This document shows positions 38,896-53,407 of a stretch of 64,000 nt of DNA, piece after piece. The stretch's first letter is position 1. Every line of letters starts with the position of its first letter. This stretch comes from Callorhinchus milii. Its lineage: Eukaryota. The stretch spans positions 34,102,001 through 34,166,000 of the forward strand of contig NW_024704742.1 in NCBI RefSeq assembly GCF_018977255.1, in the 5' to 3' direction. The notes beneath the pieces were generated by a model. It was not told the origin of the DNA, searched no databases, and saw only the letters and a program-made list of their open reading frames with translations. The translations under genes were made by a program, and so were the position numbers.

Positions 38896-40734
38896 CTTTT
38901 CCTCTACTTAATTTGGTCTAGTCACTTATGTCTCAAAAAGCTTCACGGTATTTACTGTAAAGTGTAGTGACTGAAGGTATATGTGCCTGCCGATTTGCAC
39001 ACAGCAATGTCCCAAAACAGCCATGAAGTGAATGATCAAATTTATCTGGATGATTATTGGCAAGGACACCCGGCCAAGTTCTCTTCCTCCCTTTTCATTG
39101 ATTTCTATCATTGATGAAGAATTAAAAAGCATTCAATCTAGGTGAAAGATGGTATATGAGTAAAATATGTTGTTGTTCCTGTTTGTGTCTCCTGGTGTCA
39201 CTATCTTGTTTCTGTGATATTCTGAGCAACTTTTTTGTGTAGGTACAGGCTTCTTTTTCAGACTGAGATAATAATACAGTGCGAGATTCCTAATGCCTTG
39301 CAGCCAGAAAGCCAATGAGAGTACAGTCAATGGCTTTTAAAGTATTTGTCACCTGCTTAAATGGTGTGGAAATAAATCTGGGAATGTGTTGTTAAGTTAC
39401 TATTGATGTCTTGCAAGTTCACACAGCAGACACTTGAATAAATAGGACAATTTGATGTATCACTGAGGCAACAATCTGCACTGGGAGATGATATAACAAC
39501 CACAAGTCACGGGAGCCAAACAACTGAAATCAATCTAATTTCTAATTGCTCAGAATCTAATGCTAGATATCTTCATAACTTCTTTAAGAAGCATCAGCCT
39601 CCGCTGGATACACTTACAAGGACCAGCAATCTGTGTCAGAGCTTGTTGCTTACCTATGATTTGTTGAAAATATTCTGGATGCTTTGTGCTGCGCAGTGTG
39701 ATTGGTGCAAGAGAGGGAAAAATGATAGGGATGAGTCCAGTCTTATGGTAATAAGACTTCCGATGTGAAAGGCGCTTTATAAATGCAATCTTGTTGTTGT
39801 TGTTGTAATAAATATGAAATGAAGCAATTGAATAATTCTGAAACAGTATGGTAAAGTGGATCTGATTGTGCTCACACTCTAAATTGCCTGACAGGTACAG
39901 TAATACAGACCTGACCACAGTTGCAGTCTGGTCTGCCTGTCAGGTACAGTAACAGTTTTATAGAGGGTGACAATTGCCTTACAATGTTGTCTCACTTGTG
40001 TCAGTTCCTCATTGCAGAGATCTTGTTGACTTCCTGGGGGGAGGTAAGTAGAGTTTATTTAGAACAGACTTGCCTCTAAGCTGGCTTACCTGGTAATAGA
40101 GTAGTGGAATCGAGTAGATCCCTGTGGTGGGCTCAGTTCCGGTTCCTGAGCCAGGCAGGTCTACCTTTTTGATGACAGACCAGCCAACCTGGCCCACTCG
40201 CAGGACTTGGAAGAACAGTCTAGCAAACTGAAGCCCGATGGGTATGGAAGATCCTAGTTGTCAAGCAGCGGGAAGGCTGTCAGTGAATGTTTCTCAATGG
40301 CAAACAGGTGGTTTTTGGTGATTAAGCTCCCGCGGTGCACACTCTGAAACCTTCTCTCTTATATAATACTTTCCAGGATTAAGTGCATGCTTCTGGGGAG
40401 AGTACACTTTCTTTATCAGACAAAGGGAAATTTATGTGTATGTGGGAAACTCTCAGTAGCTTTGGTTTGGATACTTTTAAGCATGTTGGTGGGCTTCTGC
40501 AGGTGTCAGACACCTAGCTAATCAAACAAAAAAAAGATAGAGCTATGTTGCATCAAACATTTGTCAGTCTTGTCATAAATTATCACTAGAATCATCTATT
40601 CACTCTGGATCTTAACTTTTGATTTTACAAACAGAAGCAAGAAAAACTGGTACATATTATAAGAAACACAACTTGATGGCTTGGTTTGATTGACATGCAT
40701 AGTGCTCTTTTATTGTCTTAATAATCTTTAATAA

Positions 40735-41434
40735 CCTCACATTCAATCCATGACCCGCTCTGCCTTCCCTCATCTCCGTAACATCGCCTGACTCTACCAT
40801 TACCTCACCCCGCAGGCCTCTGAAACTCTTGTTCATGCCTTCATCACCTCCAGGCTCGACTATGCAAAGCCCTGCTTGTCAGCCTTCCCAACTCCTCCCT
40901 CCATAGGCTGCAGATAATCCAGAACTCTGCAGCCCATGTCCTCTCCCGCACCAAACTCTGTGACCCCATCTCTTCCACTCTCGCCCAACTCCATTGGCTC
41001 CCTATTCTTCAGAGGATACAGTTCAAGATCCTGGTCCTCACCTACAGAGCCCTCCATGGCCTCTCCCCACCCTACCTCTGCGACCTTCTAATCCCTTACC
41101 AACCCACCCGTTCCCTCCGCTCAGCCGGCTCTGGCCTGCTTCACGTTCCCCGACCCACCGGTCCCACCATTAGTGGGAGAGCCTTCCACCACTCTGCCCC
41201 CAACCTCTGGAATTCCATCCCCTAGTCACTCCACCTCGCCCCCTCCTTATCCTCCTTCAAGTTCCACCTCAAGACCCTCCTCCTCGACCATGCCATTAGT
41301 CAACCCCCTTCTCCTCCCCTCCCTTCTCCCCCCCTGACCCCAGCTCAGGTCTGAAATGTTGTACGCTGTCCAGCGCCTTGGGACGTCCTCCTGACGTGAA
41401 AGGCGCTGCACAAATTTAATCTTGCTGTTGTTGT
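40735..41434 (+). mobile_element. L2 3' portion, intermediate age
   Basis: HLRNIA*L.HYLTPQASETLVHAFITSRLDY...; tail CAGCGCCTTGGGACGTCCTCCTGACGTGAAAGGCGCTG...(TTG)n. Confidence 0.92.
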
Positions 41435-41474
41435 TAATTGTTACATTTGATATAGTGCCTTATCAGATTATCAA

Positions 41475-41595
41475 GAAGGGTCAAAGTGTATGGAGTATGA
41501 CTAATTGGTTAGCTTTTCCAAGGAGCTGGCACAGGCATGAGAGGCTGTATGGCCTCCTTCTGTGCTGTAAAATTCTATGATTCTATAATTCTATC
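41475..41595 (+). mobile_element. CR1 3' tail fragment inside a minus-strand SINE-A (~41440-41895)
   Basis: GAGCTGGCACAGGCATGAG...ATGGCCTCCTTCTGTGCTGTAAAATTCTATGATTCTAT; (ATTCTATG)-type terminal repeat typical of CR1. Confidence 0.75.
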
Positions 41596-42154
41596 ACCTA
41601 CAAATAGCCATAAAGTCAATGACCAATTTTATCTGGAAGGTAATTGGTCAGGACACCAGAAGAAACTTCTGTCTCTTTTCAAGTAGTGCCATGGATCACA
41701 TTTGCATCAACCTGTACAGGAAGACGGGACATTGGTTTTATGTCTCATCCGAAGAATGGCATCTCCAACAATACAGTGCACCCTCAGCATCTCATTGGAA
41801 TGTCAGCCTGGGCTATGAGCTCAAAATGTCGACATGGGGCTTGAACCAATTGACTCAGAAGTGAGAGTTCTGCCAACTGAGCCAGGTTGATACCTGAACC
41901 AGACTTGAGTCTTTAATTGAGGAAAAAGAGCCATCCATGTCTGTGGTTTGATGCTCACCACCAAAATCTTTTGTATGTAAGACTGAGATAGCTTTTCAAT
42001 TTCATTTTGCAAAATGTTGATGATAGAATTTGCACTATCGTTAATGTTGAAATAACCCAATAGGTCTCATAGTTTTGCTTGACTCATAGATGTCATTACT
42101 TACATTACATTTCTTAGACCTGGGCTATTTGGAGCTGAAAACATGTAATATAGA

Positions 42155-42602
42155 AATAATAATGATAATAATCCTTGCATTTTATATAGTGCCTTTCACA
42201 TTGCTGAGATGTCTCAAAGCACTTCACAGGATATACATTAAAGTGGTTAGACTGTGCATTTTGTGAGTGAAATGCGGCAGCCAGTTCCGCGTAGCAATGT
42301 CTCACAAAAAGCCATGGAGTGAATGACCAATTTATCTGGGGCATTTGTTGGCCAGGACATCAGAAGAAACTTCCTTCTCTTTTCAAATAGTGCCATGGGA
42401 TCTTTAACGTCCACCTGAACAGGCAGACGGGACGTCGGTTTAATGTCTTATTCGAAGGACGACATCTCCGACAATGCAATGGACCTTCAGCACTGCACTG
42501 GAGTGTCAGGTTAGACTATGTGATTCCAATTCCTAATGTGGGATTTGAACCCACAACCTTCTGACTCAGACAAGAGTGCAACCCCTGCGCCAGGCTGACA
42601 CA
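42155..42602 (-). mobile_element. SINE-A full-length copy (tRNA head, Deu-type central domain, L2-type tail; SacSINE1/DeuSINE-like)
   Basis: Minus strand GTGTCAGCCTGG...CTGAGTCAGAAGGTTGTGGGTTCAAATCCCAC...CTGACACTCCAGTGCAGTGCTGA...TCTGCCTGTTCAGGTGGACGTTAAAGATCCCATGGCACTATTTG...GGCTGCCGCATTTC...tail; family name from recalled consensus, not a search. Confidence 0.9.
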
Positions 42603-45600
42603 CAAAAGAATCAAACTATTGAGACCCAATCTACAGTAAATGCCTTTGTAATGCCCTTGGTGCCTTATAGAGAGAAAAAAATATATCCTTGGTGATAAAT
42701 AACGTGTGTTCTTAAATGGTTACAAGCAAATTAACTGTAAAAAAACAGCATGCCAATCACCATTGTGCAAAATGCTCTCACATTACTGTGCTGTTGACAA
42801 TCACAGATTGTCTCTGAATATAAACTGTAAGAGAAACCCACAGAGACCACCCTACAATAACCTATAAAGAGTAAAAAACAAAGGATATTGAGCTTGAATA
42901 TGGTTCGATTTCCCAGGACACTCAGCTCCTGTCACATCAAACCACCAATTAGTCCCAAATTTTTACAACCGAGGATCAGCAGGCTTGTGCAGTCCCTTGT
43001 CATCCTGGAAGATACACCAATAAATGGCATACATTAAGGAAGCCGAGTTGCAAATCTTCATAAAGACCATTCATGTTGTGCAGCAACAACATTGAAAAAG
43101 GGAATTTTTACTCATCATTCACAGTATGATCTTACCTCGGCTTGCCAACTCCTCAGTGTTTTCTGTCTGTCCCTCTGCCCCCTAATCAGTCACTCTCAGT
43201 TAAGTGACCTGTCCACATCATTATTGCCCTATTAATTGCTTCTACCTACATTTTTTAAGTGGTTTCCCTATGAGATGTTCTTCTCTTCAAAGTTTAATGC
43301 AGCTGGACCAGCAATCAATGGACCTTTAACAGAATAATTGTGAAGGTTGATTAGCTGTCAAAAACTCTTTTTACAGTGTTCACAAGCAGTAAATCTCAGT
43401 TCTAAGCCTGAAATACTTCACATATCACCTGGCCCTTCATCCAAGACTGATGCATTGCGAAGCAGTCAATGACAAATTCCACAAAGTCAAAAGAATAAAG
43501 AGGTACATAAAGTCAAACTGTCTACTTTTATAAACAGTCTAATCCGAAACATTGCACAGCCTCCGCCGTGCTGTATAAAACTGCACTGCATGGTTTGACA
43601 AACGTATATGAATACGTCATATTTACTCTCACATGTCCAGAGGGAAATTAACACATATTCAAGGTTAAAATCATGACTGGTATAATTTCAGGTTCAAGCT
43701 AAAGACACATTATATCATTGCTAAAAATTGTTCTACAAGGTAAATTATATTATATCACTTTCTTGCCACTTCAACAGGATGACTCTGAAATGATTAGCAA
43801 ACATATTTAAAGCACTGTTACATTGTTGAAATATCTTTTGGATTTTCTAGAGCAGAGTTGTGAAGATTATTTAAAATTATAACAAACTGATGACAGGGGG
43901 CCAATTGTAACATGTTAAATGACAGGGAATGAACATAAATCTCAGCCAAAACTCCAAACAATATGATTTTGGTCCACAATAATCAGCAAGAAGTAATTAG
44001 TTGAAGCCAAGTTCACATTTTGAAAGCTTGTAGGTTTTAGGATGAAGGGATGATTGAGGGAAGTAAAGAGATCCATAGTCATGACTTCCTGAGTAAAATG
44101 GGTTCCATTTGAAGACAGACACTGCAAAATATTTTGATTTCAACAGAGCAAGAATGTAAGGAGGTGTAGGATACTGTATTTGGAGCAAAGGTAGGTCAAG
44201 CGAAGGAATGACTTAAATAGTATCAAACTGATAGAAAAAGACATAGAAAGCTGTGATGGAGAGATAAGAATTGAGAACAAATAGTATAAAATACACCCTT
44301 CACTGAGCCAGTAGCCTGTCTACCTGTTCAGGTGGATATTGAAGATCCCATGGTATTATTCGAACAGAGAAAGGAGTTTCTCCCAGTATCCTGGCTAACA
44401 ATTCTCAAATTAGATTGGCCTTTCACATAATGGCTGCTTGTGCGACATGCAGTGTGAAAATTGATTGCTGCTTTTGTCTACAAAATACAGTCACTGCAGT
44501 TGCACATACCCTGTGAAATGATACCATTGTAAAAGGTACTACATAAAATGTAACAATTATTATTGTATTTAATTGAATACATTGCTCTGTATATGAGTCA
44601 GATAATAAGTAAAACATTTTGGCATACAATGAAACTAGAAAATGGGATTGATAAAAAAATGGGATTCATAAACCCAATAGCGATGGCATAGACTTGACAG
44701 GCAGAATAGCCTCTTGACCTCATTATTTGTATATTTCAATGGGATGAAATTTGTGCATTTCATAATGCAATGATTATGATAATCATCACCATTTAAGTAA
44801 AACACTTTTTAAAAACAATTTGCTTTCAATTTCACACCTATTAAGTTACGAAGCACTGCAAAATGTATCCCCTATGTTTCTATGATGACAGAAAATCACT
44901 AGAAACTTAAGGCTTTGTTAAAGCAGCAGCTATTTACTCTTCCCTGCATCAGGACAATTACTAAACAACCCTTGAGACAATAACCAAATCTGCACAGGTA
45001 TGTGTATATGTGTGTGTTTGAATGAGACAAAGGGAAAAGTAGAAATAATAAGTAAAACAGGAACAGGGGGTCATTCAGGTCCATCAAGCCTGTTCCCAGA
45101 AGAAGAAGGCAGACATTCCAAGCAGCTATCATTGAATGAACAAGAGGAAAGAGGTGGTTAAGAATGAATCTCCACTTTAAGGGTACCTATGAAAACTCTG
45201 TAAATTTCTATGTTTATCAACCATCAGAGAATGATCCCAGAGTGACCACTATTTAGTTGGTGAAATAGAGATTCCGTGGAAAACTCCTGTACATAAATCA
45301 GATTGTTCTGAAAATGACCTGTTGAAGATATCAAGTATCCAAATCAGCCAACAAAATATACAGGCACTATACTTTAGACTATATCTTATATATCCACTAT
45401 GTCCTATATATGATATATCAAATGCAAGGAGTGTTATTATTAGTAATATTATTATGTTTGTTTAATCAGTATGCAATGAGCATTTATAGCACAATGTCTC
45501 ATGTTCTCCTTTAAACTATAATTCTCATTGCAACTACACTGACATTGACCAGAACAAGCTGTGGAGTTATCTTTATCTCCACTTCTAAAGGAAAACTGTT

Positions 45601-46194
45601 CCAGTATAGTTCTATCTGCTTTATCCTCTCCAGCGCTCAACTAGCCCCACCCCCTTCACCCATCCAAAGAAAAATAGGACACCTCTTATTTCATAACCAT
45701 AGCAAATACTTCTTTGAAAGTTTCTGTTTCAGTCTAGACTACAATTACACCCTGGCACATCAAACACTGCTTTACATTCTTTATGACCTGTAAACTACAA
45801 CTAGCAAATTCCAGAAATGCAAGTGAAGCATACCTCGCTTGCTGCTGGCATTACTGTCTGTCAGAAGAAACAAAGGAAAAACGTACGTCTTTAGAGGACC
45901 TTACCATATTGAAATACCTCAGAGACCTTCACAAGTAAGTGCTATCAACTGCAGTGACTGCTTCTGTAGGCAAATGGGATAGCCCCCAAGCAGCCATGGG
46001 GTGAAGGTCCAATCAATCTCAAGAACTGTTGTCCAGGTCACTGAGATAAACTCTCTTCTCTTTTTCAATAATGTTGTGGGATCTTTAACATCGACCTGAA
46101 CACAAAGCAGATGGAAATACATCTAACCACAATGCAGTTACCCCAAAACTACTCTGTAATGTCATCTTAGACAATAAGCTCAAAGATCAACACC

Positions 46195-46460
46195 AAATCA
46201 TAAGATTTCAGGATTGCAAGAAAGGTTGGGATCAAGAAAATAATTTTGGTCCATTTGATTTTGTCCTTTCAGAATATCCACTATCATCCTTATTTTACAG
46301 TCACAAGCTTTTTCCTAAATAGTTCCTGCATCCAGTCTCACCCATGTTTCCTGATAACCCATTCTTGTCATAAATTACCCCCTGAATAAACAAATATTTA
46401 TTGGCGTCTGTCCTGAAATTGCACTTTGTGACCTTAAATTTGTGACCTTTTGTTCTGATC
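46195..46460 (-). mobile_element. old CR1 3' fragment
   Basis: Minus strand AGAACAAAAGGTCACAAATTTAAGG (RTKGHKFK)...TTTATTCAGGGGGTAATT and a tail ending CTTATGA. Confidence 0.55.
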
Positions 46461-47262
46461 TAATTGTTTCTTCACACTGTACTGTAGCAGTTTGTCTTAA
46501 CTATGTCGTTCCCACTGCTTCCCATAAGTTTGCTTGTTGTCCTGCCTCTTTATTGCTTATTGGAGACTACATCCTGTCTTTTCCCATCTCTCCCCCACAT
46601 TATTGATAATATATTTATCACACCTTCTGTGCCAATCTATTCATAGGAACTCATTACAAGACTGATTGGTTTCAGATAAGGATGTTGGACTGCTAAGCAT
46701 CAAATATTTATCCCATCAAAAAAAATCATAACAGCCATAAAGATTTTATGGTTACCCTATCCAGCGACACTAATAATGGTGAGAAAATAGTAGCAGAATT
46801 TGATAGAGCAAAATGTTCCTCCACACGTACCAGAAAATTATGCTGTGTACATTCAAAAAAGACCTGAAGTTTACCGCCTTCTTTGTGCACAATATATATT
46901 TGAATTGGATTCCCTTCAGCATTGGACGTTGAGATGTTTTTGACACTTCCAATTCCATTTGCTTACCTAGAGAGTCTTCAAAATCAAAGGAGACATGAAT
47001 GTAGTTGTAGGCTTTGACCCAAAGGAAAAACATCCTGGCTGATATGTCAGACCTGTTCTTTCTCTTTCTTGACATTTCTTGATTAGTTCAATCCTAATGG
47101 GAGAGATTGGTAGAAAATACTGAAAATACTAGCAAATTATAATAAACAGCTTCTCAGGAGAATTGAAGATTTCCCCTCTCAACAATCCAAATAGACAATG
47201 TTGAAAGATTATCAGCCTTGCAGGGCAACTGCAACTTACTCTTCACTGGTCTCTAAATTTTG

Positions 47263-47507
47263 TGTGTCAGCCAGGCTCATTTGGTAGAACTATCACCTCT
47301 GAGGCTAAAGGTTGTGAGATCCCTCCCAAAAAACAAAAACAATAATAAATTCGTCATTTTCAATCCATGACTGTTTGTGGGACACTGCTGTGCGCAATTG
47401 GCTGCCGCGTTCGCCCACAAATATACAGTCAATTCACTTTATAGTATATTCTGTGAAGCGCTTTGGGACGTCTAGAAGATGTGAAAAGCGCTATATCAAA
47501 TGCAAGG

Positions 47508-47539
<32 letters not shown>

Positions 47540-48220
47540 CATCAAGCCGCAAGTCAGGCTGACACTCCAGGTGATGTCCTTCGGATGAGATGATAAACCA
47601 AGAAACCTGTAGCTCAGTGGTTAGAGCACTCACCTCAAAAACAAGAGGACCTGGGTTCGATTCCCGTCAGGGCGAAACTTTGGATAAGTTTCCTTATTCC
47701 ACACATCAGTAGGAACCTGGTTGTTAGTTGATTGGTGGATCGCTTTTCTGGGAGTAATAATCCCTTCGAAAATATAATAATAAGAAAAATAATTTGGTCA
47801 CTCAATCCATGACTGTTTGTGGAACACTGCTGCGTGCAATTGGCTGCCGCGTTTCACCCACAAAATATACAGTCAATTCACTTCACAGTATTTTCTGTGA
47901 AACGCTTTGATCCATCTCAAAGATATGATAAGGCCCTATATGAAATGCAAGGATTATTATTGTTATCATTATTAAGACACCTCTGCCTATTCAGATGGAC
48001 GTTAAAGATCCCATGGCACTATTTGATAAGAGAACAAATGTCCTAGCCAACAATCACCCAAATAAAATTGGTCATTCACTTCTTGGCTGTTTGTGGGACA
48101 TTGCTGTGCGAATATTGGCTGCCGCATTTGCCCACAATGCACAGGCACTAAACTTTATATTCTGTGAAGCCCTTAGAGACATCCTCCCAGGGTGAAAGAT
48201 GCTATAATATTATTATTATA
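47263..48220 (+). mobile_element. one SINE-A split by two nested SINE-B insertions (47319-47541 and 47604-47973)
   Basis: SINE-A head 47263-47318, middle 47542-47603, remainder 47974-48220; AAGA duplicated at 47600-47603 and 47974-47977. Confidence 0.88.
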
Positions 48221-50344
48221 AATTTACTGACTGGTCGATATTGATTGCCGACAAATACACAATCACCAGAATGAATTCTTGAAAGACTTTGAGCTGTTTC
48301 AATGATGCGATTAACACACTATATCAAATGCAAAGATTATTATTATTATTATTATTATTATCAATAGATATTATACCATGCAAGTTTAGAATTTACACTT
48401 AAGGAATCAATTAGTTCTAGATAGAGTTGAAGGGGGGAGGGGTGCAGCAGGAATTAGTTCTAGCCATAATATCAGGCATTCTCTAATAACTTCATACAAC
48501 GTGTTATCATTCTCATCTGAATGAATGGATTGCATCTAGAAGCTTAATACAACTGATTTACTTACTGTTTTTTGAGCTCTTTAAAAATCTTCCATTTCCT
48601 TCACTTAATTCTGACTGTCATGGGAGACTTGCCCACTGAAGTGCATCAGATGTTGATCCCTAAACAGAGCCATCTTTTTGTCATCTCTTTATGACTGGAA
48701 ATCTCATTATAAAACATAAACAAGGCTTTTTTAGTTGATTTGCATACGATAGACCCCAGTGTTTGTACAAGGAGGTTCTATCAGCAGAGATATACTTCAA
48801 AGGAGTGATTGACAGAGCTATATGTTTGCTTTCTTTAGCCTACTTCAGCCAAAGGGCATTTTTCTTAGTGAAAGCTGCTGAAAGGAAGATTCTGTCATTT
48901 GAAATATTACAGGCTAAAAAAGATAGGGTAATAGAAAGTATTCTGATAACACAGTGTGTTGATACATCAACTAGCTCACTACGAAAAGGCAGTCCACTCC
49001 ATCATCCAGGGGAAGGGTAAATCAGCAAACACGACAAATGCTACACACATTAATCCCTTACAATTCATGCACACTGGAGTGTTAGATATTTGTGGACAGA
49101 TTTTTTAGTGTGGTGGGGTGTTGGGGGGAAGAAACATGGGACACTGAGCCTAAAATGAACAGGAAGAAAACTGTACAAAATGGCATTTTTTAAAATGGTG
49201 ATTAATTACTCAAGGGAAGATAGGTGCAATAAACCCATTTCAAACATCATGGACCATGTCAAAAACACCTGCAATATGCTTGGCAGTTGATGCAAGACCC
49301 ATACACAAGAGCTGCTTTCAAATCAGATATGTTTGCTCGTGGAATAATCACTTCCCTTCTGTTACAGTCTGCTAAACAATCTCTTAGTCAAATACTCTCT
49401 AAGGAATCGGGTCATTCTGGGTTTGCAGGAAATTGAAGACCCCAATTTCCTAACAGAACCAAAATATTCACCCATGGGCTATTTAAAAGAACAAAAAAGA
49501 TGTAATTAATATTAAAAAGTTCAATCATTCTTTTAAAACAACATTTTACGTAATTTAATTTAGGTTTGCTTTTTGGGAAAGTTTACAGACAGCACTTCTG
49601 CATATTGGGAAATGTTTTTCATTAGAAGCATTTCCTTGAGAATATTTTTGAACAAGCTTTTTTTTTGTATACTTGGGCATTGTGAATATGCCATTTATCT
49701 TTTGTCTTGCATTACTGATCACTATTATACAATTCCCTTGGGAGAAAAAGCTTTTTGGTGAAGTGTACCTTTGTCTGGGTTCAACACAAGCTTGACTACT
49801 ATTAGTAGTAGATATGTCTCTTCCTCAGTATCCCATGTAATTTCATTGTTCCCTTCCAAAATTTCATCTTATTCACATCAGAGTTCTGTGAACAGGCAAG
49901 TATGCAACCATCTAAGTTACACCAGGCTGATTGAGATATTAAGAGTAGCACATATCTCTGAATCAGGCTATGCATGTTCCTTAATTTGAATGCCAAATCT
50001 CATGCAGAAATAGAGTAAAATGGCATGCTTCAATACATATTGTCCTTGTGAGAGTTCATGGATCAGAAATAATAAAGTATGGAAAAGAAGAAATGAACAA
50101 GAAATGGACATTTGGCATACTTGCTCAGCTAAAGGTTTTGCAAATGACACATTATCCTCAGGTAATTGGTAAGAAAATTCACCTTTTCCTATGGCCATAC
50201 TATTTCAAATCTGTCCACTTTTCCTCTTGGGGCATCCTCCCAACATGAAAGATGCCATATGAATGCAATTCGTTGTTGTTATGGAAGACATTATTTCATA
50301 TAATCTCTGAATCTGCACTTGAACTCGTTTTTCAGATTTGAATG

Positions 50345-50745
50345 CCATGAAGCCCAATGTTGGAACTTTGAACTCACGTTGTCTGGGTTGACATTCCAAT
50401 GCTGAAGTAGTGCTGAATTGTTGGAGCTGTTATTCTTTGGATCAGATGTTAAACTAGTGTCCCATCTGCCTGTTTAGGTGGATGTTAAAGATCCCATGAA
50501 AAGAGATGGAAGTTTCTCCTGGTATCCTGGTCAACAGATAAATTAAGACTGGTCAATTCACTTCATGGTTGTTTGTGGGACACCACTGTGAGCAAATTGA
50601 TGGCCACCTTTACCTACAAAATATACAGTCACTACAATTTACCATGTATCCCGTGAAGTGATTTGAGATGTCCTCCGAGTCTGAAAGCCAATAGATTAAG
50701 TGCAAGGATTATTATCATTTCATTATTATTAATATTATTATTATT
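50345..50745 (+). mobile_element. SINE-A copy
   Basis: GGGTTGACATTCCAATGC...CCATCTGCCTGTTTAGGTGGATGTTAAAGATCCCATG...TTTGTGGGACACC...TGCAAGG(ATT)n. Confidence 0.8.
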
Positions 50746-53407
50746 AAAGCATTAACTGATGTACAAGCATAAAAGTTGCACTTAGACTTAAAGTTTATAT
50801 AGGTGCGATGCATGGAACGCTCAATGTGGTTTGCATGCTCTTAAGCTAGGTGACGGGTTTCCACATGTGTCAGACACCCGGCTGAGCCCTCCAAAAATGT
50901 ATAATAAAAAATCACTTGTTTAATTCAATTTAAGTTTAAAGCTGTTGTTAGAAAGGATCAGCTGACAGGATGCACCATGATAAAAAAACATGTAAAATGG
51001 AATAAAAATCTGAGATAGGATAAAATCATTACACAACGATACATTAAATGCATTCTTAACCTAATGTTTTATTTGTTAGATATCGAGTTTACTTTTTACT
51101 TTCATGTGTTATTATGATCTAAATGCAAGTTATTATTGATATTACTGGCAAAGTTGTTGAAAAACAGACCATCTCATCTAATGCGCCAAAATCAATATTT
51201 ATTGCACAGTTTTCATTTAACTCCATGCCTAGTGTAAGATAAATGCATTACCTTATACTGAAAGGATTAATGCAGTCAGCTATACTTTCTGTTGCATCTT
51301 GAACAGAATTCCTTTGCAACTCTTCAGCAACAGTAGAAATATAGTCTGTTTTTTTTGGCAGAAGCATTAGGAAAGGTAATTACCCTGGACTATAAAAAGT
51401 GTAACAGGATTTCCCACAAATCCTCCAAGGGTCAGAGGTGATATGACATACATTATGAAGCTTAACAGCATACAGTCCAAATGAAGATGAATTCTATAAC
51501 AAGCTCCTGGTTCCACAATGGAAAACGTTGAATAATGTGGGGAAAAAATGCTATTTTTTTGAGAAACCAGCATTAACACATGCAAAGATCGCAAAACAAA
51601 AATCGTTCAAGCACAAGCCAGTTCAAATGTCCCCAATAATTGGTACATATCTCTTGAAGAATCAACTGTATTAGAAGTGGGGGATTTTCTAATATCTTGG
51701 ATGTAAATCAACATTGACAGCTGGACATGATCAGTATTAGTTTGAGTTTTGTCACAGTTAACAAACCAAATTGATGTAGATTAAAACACTTTTTCTTGTC
51801 AGCTGCAGCACTCACTTGTCAAAAACAATACTGAAGGGTGACTGTCTAGAGACATCCTTGCTCCAATCAATCGACAATCAGTCATGGAAAGTGCTTATTC
51901 TGCTCTTATCTGAGCTTCTTCATTACTCCTCGTACACTGACCTCAGGAGGAAAACCTCATTTTGTTTCCGCTGGCTTTTGACTAAAGTAAACGGGCTCTT
52001 TCCAGTACAAAACAAAAATGACAATTTAAGAATAATATTTAATTAAATTAAGAAAAATAAAGTGGTTGCATTGCGTATCGCTTCTGCAAGAATCAGTTTT
52101 ATTTGGCATCAATTTCAAAACATGAAGCAGAGTGCAAAGGTGGACAAGGGGGCATTTGAAGGAGAGGGAAAGAGCTTGTTTGAAAGTATTCATGCTAAGG
52201 TGACTTCCCTAGGCACCAGGATGAAGGTGTAACCAGCAGCTTCCTGCTCCTATTACAGAATGTTAGTACAGAATAATTACTTGCTTGGCAAAATGACAAG
52301 ACATTGACCCCATAGACTTATTGAATTCTCATCGCCTGCCTTCGGGCCGTGTCTCAGGTTATTCAATTTTGCCTGAGGAGGACAATCTATTATGGGAGAT
52401 AAGTCGAAAAGGCATCTCAACTGATTGCCCACCAAAACCATTATCACAGAAAAGGGAGGCCAGTAACAGTGACTGGACAGACAGACAACCCGGCCTCGAT
52501 CACCATGGAACCGCAGAAAATTCACTTTCCTGAAAGCAATATTCTCCATGCTGGGTGAACAGCATGGAGAACAGTGAGCAAGCTGGCAATAACAATTTGG
52601 ATACAATCTAGCTAATAGTCTGTTTAGTTTAACCCCACATCATCCCTCCCCTCACAACGATAGAGAGGATGCAGAATAAAAGAAAGAACAACTCAGCATC
52701 TGAAAAAATGTTAAATATGAGCTTTTCAATTTCTAGGTATAACATTCATTAACAGTTACCACGATCACAACACAACCATTGAAGTGTTAAATGTACAAAG
52801 ATCACCCAGTCTATTGAACTTGAAACAGTTCCAAACTCTTTTTCCCTGCAGCAGACATCTCAAAGGCAATCTGAGGAAAATATTTTGCCTGGAGGGGATA
52901 CTTTACTTTCAAGACCCATTCCTTGCATCAGAAATACATCAAGGAAAGTGAGACTGTGAGACAAAAATCAAAGAAATCAAATGAATACACACAAAGTTTG
53001 AGAGTCAGACTGAGAAATTCTCCTATCTATCCTAGCGAGACTTTTGGGTTCAAGTGAAAATATTATCATATTGAATCCACACTTCCAGTCCAGCCTTAAC
53101 ATAAGACAAAGGGTGTCTGGTGGTTTAATACAGATTATACACAGTATTACCCATACAGGGGTGAAATCAGCATGCTCCATAATGTATTTTATATGACATT
53201 GAAGACATTACGAAACACCTCTAATTTTGGCCCATTTTGCCCTGTTATATCCTAGTTTATTATGGGAGTTTTTTTAATTCCACCTGACCTCCTTTATAAA
53301 TCAGATTCCACTCTATACCTAGGTTTTTAACTGGAATATAAAATTACATCAGATGTGTTATATTTGGGGCTTCTCCAGCCACATTGTTTCAGTTTTAGGT
53401 TTTACCT

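Noticed and set aside
40009..40260. GC-richer minus-strand ORF with a CAG|GTAAGC donor
   Set aside because: No recognisable protein similarity and no convincing acceptor; insufficient support.
46770..47075. 101-aa minus-strand ORF and possible 9-nt microexon near 46967-46975
   Set aside because: No homology recognised; splice-like motifs occur at this rate by chance in 64 kb.
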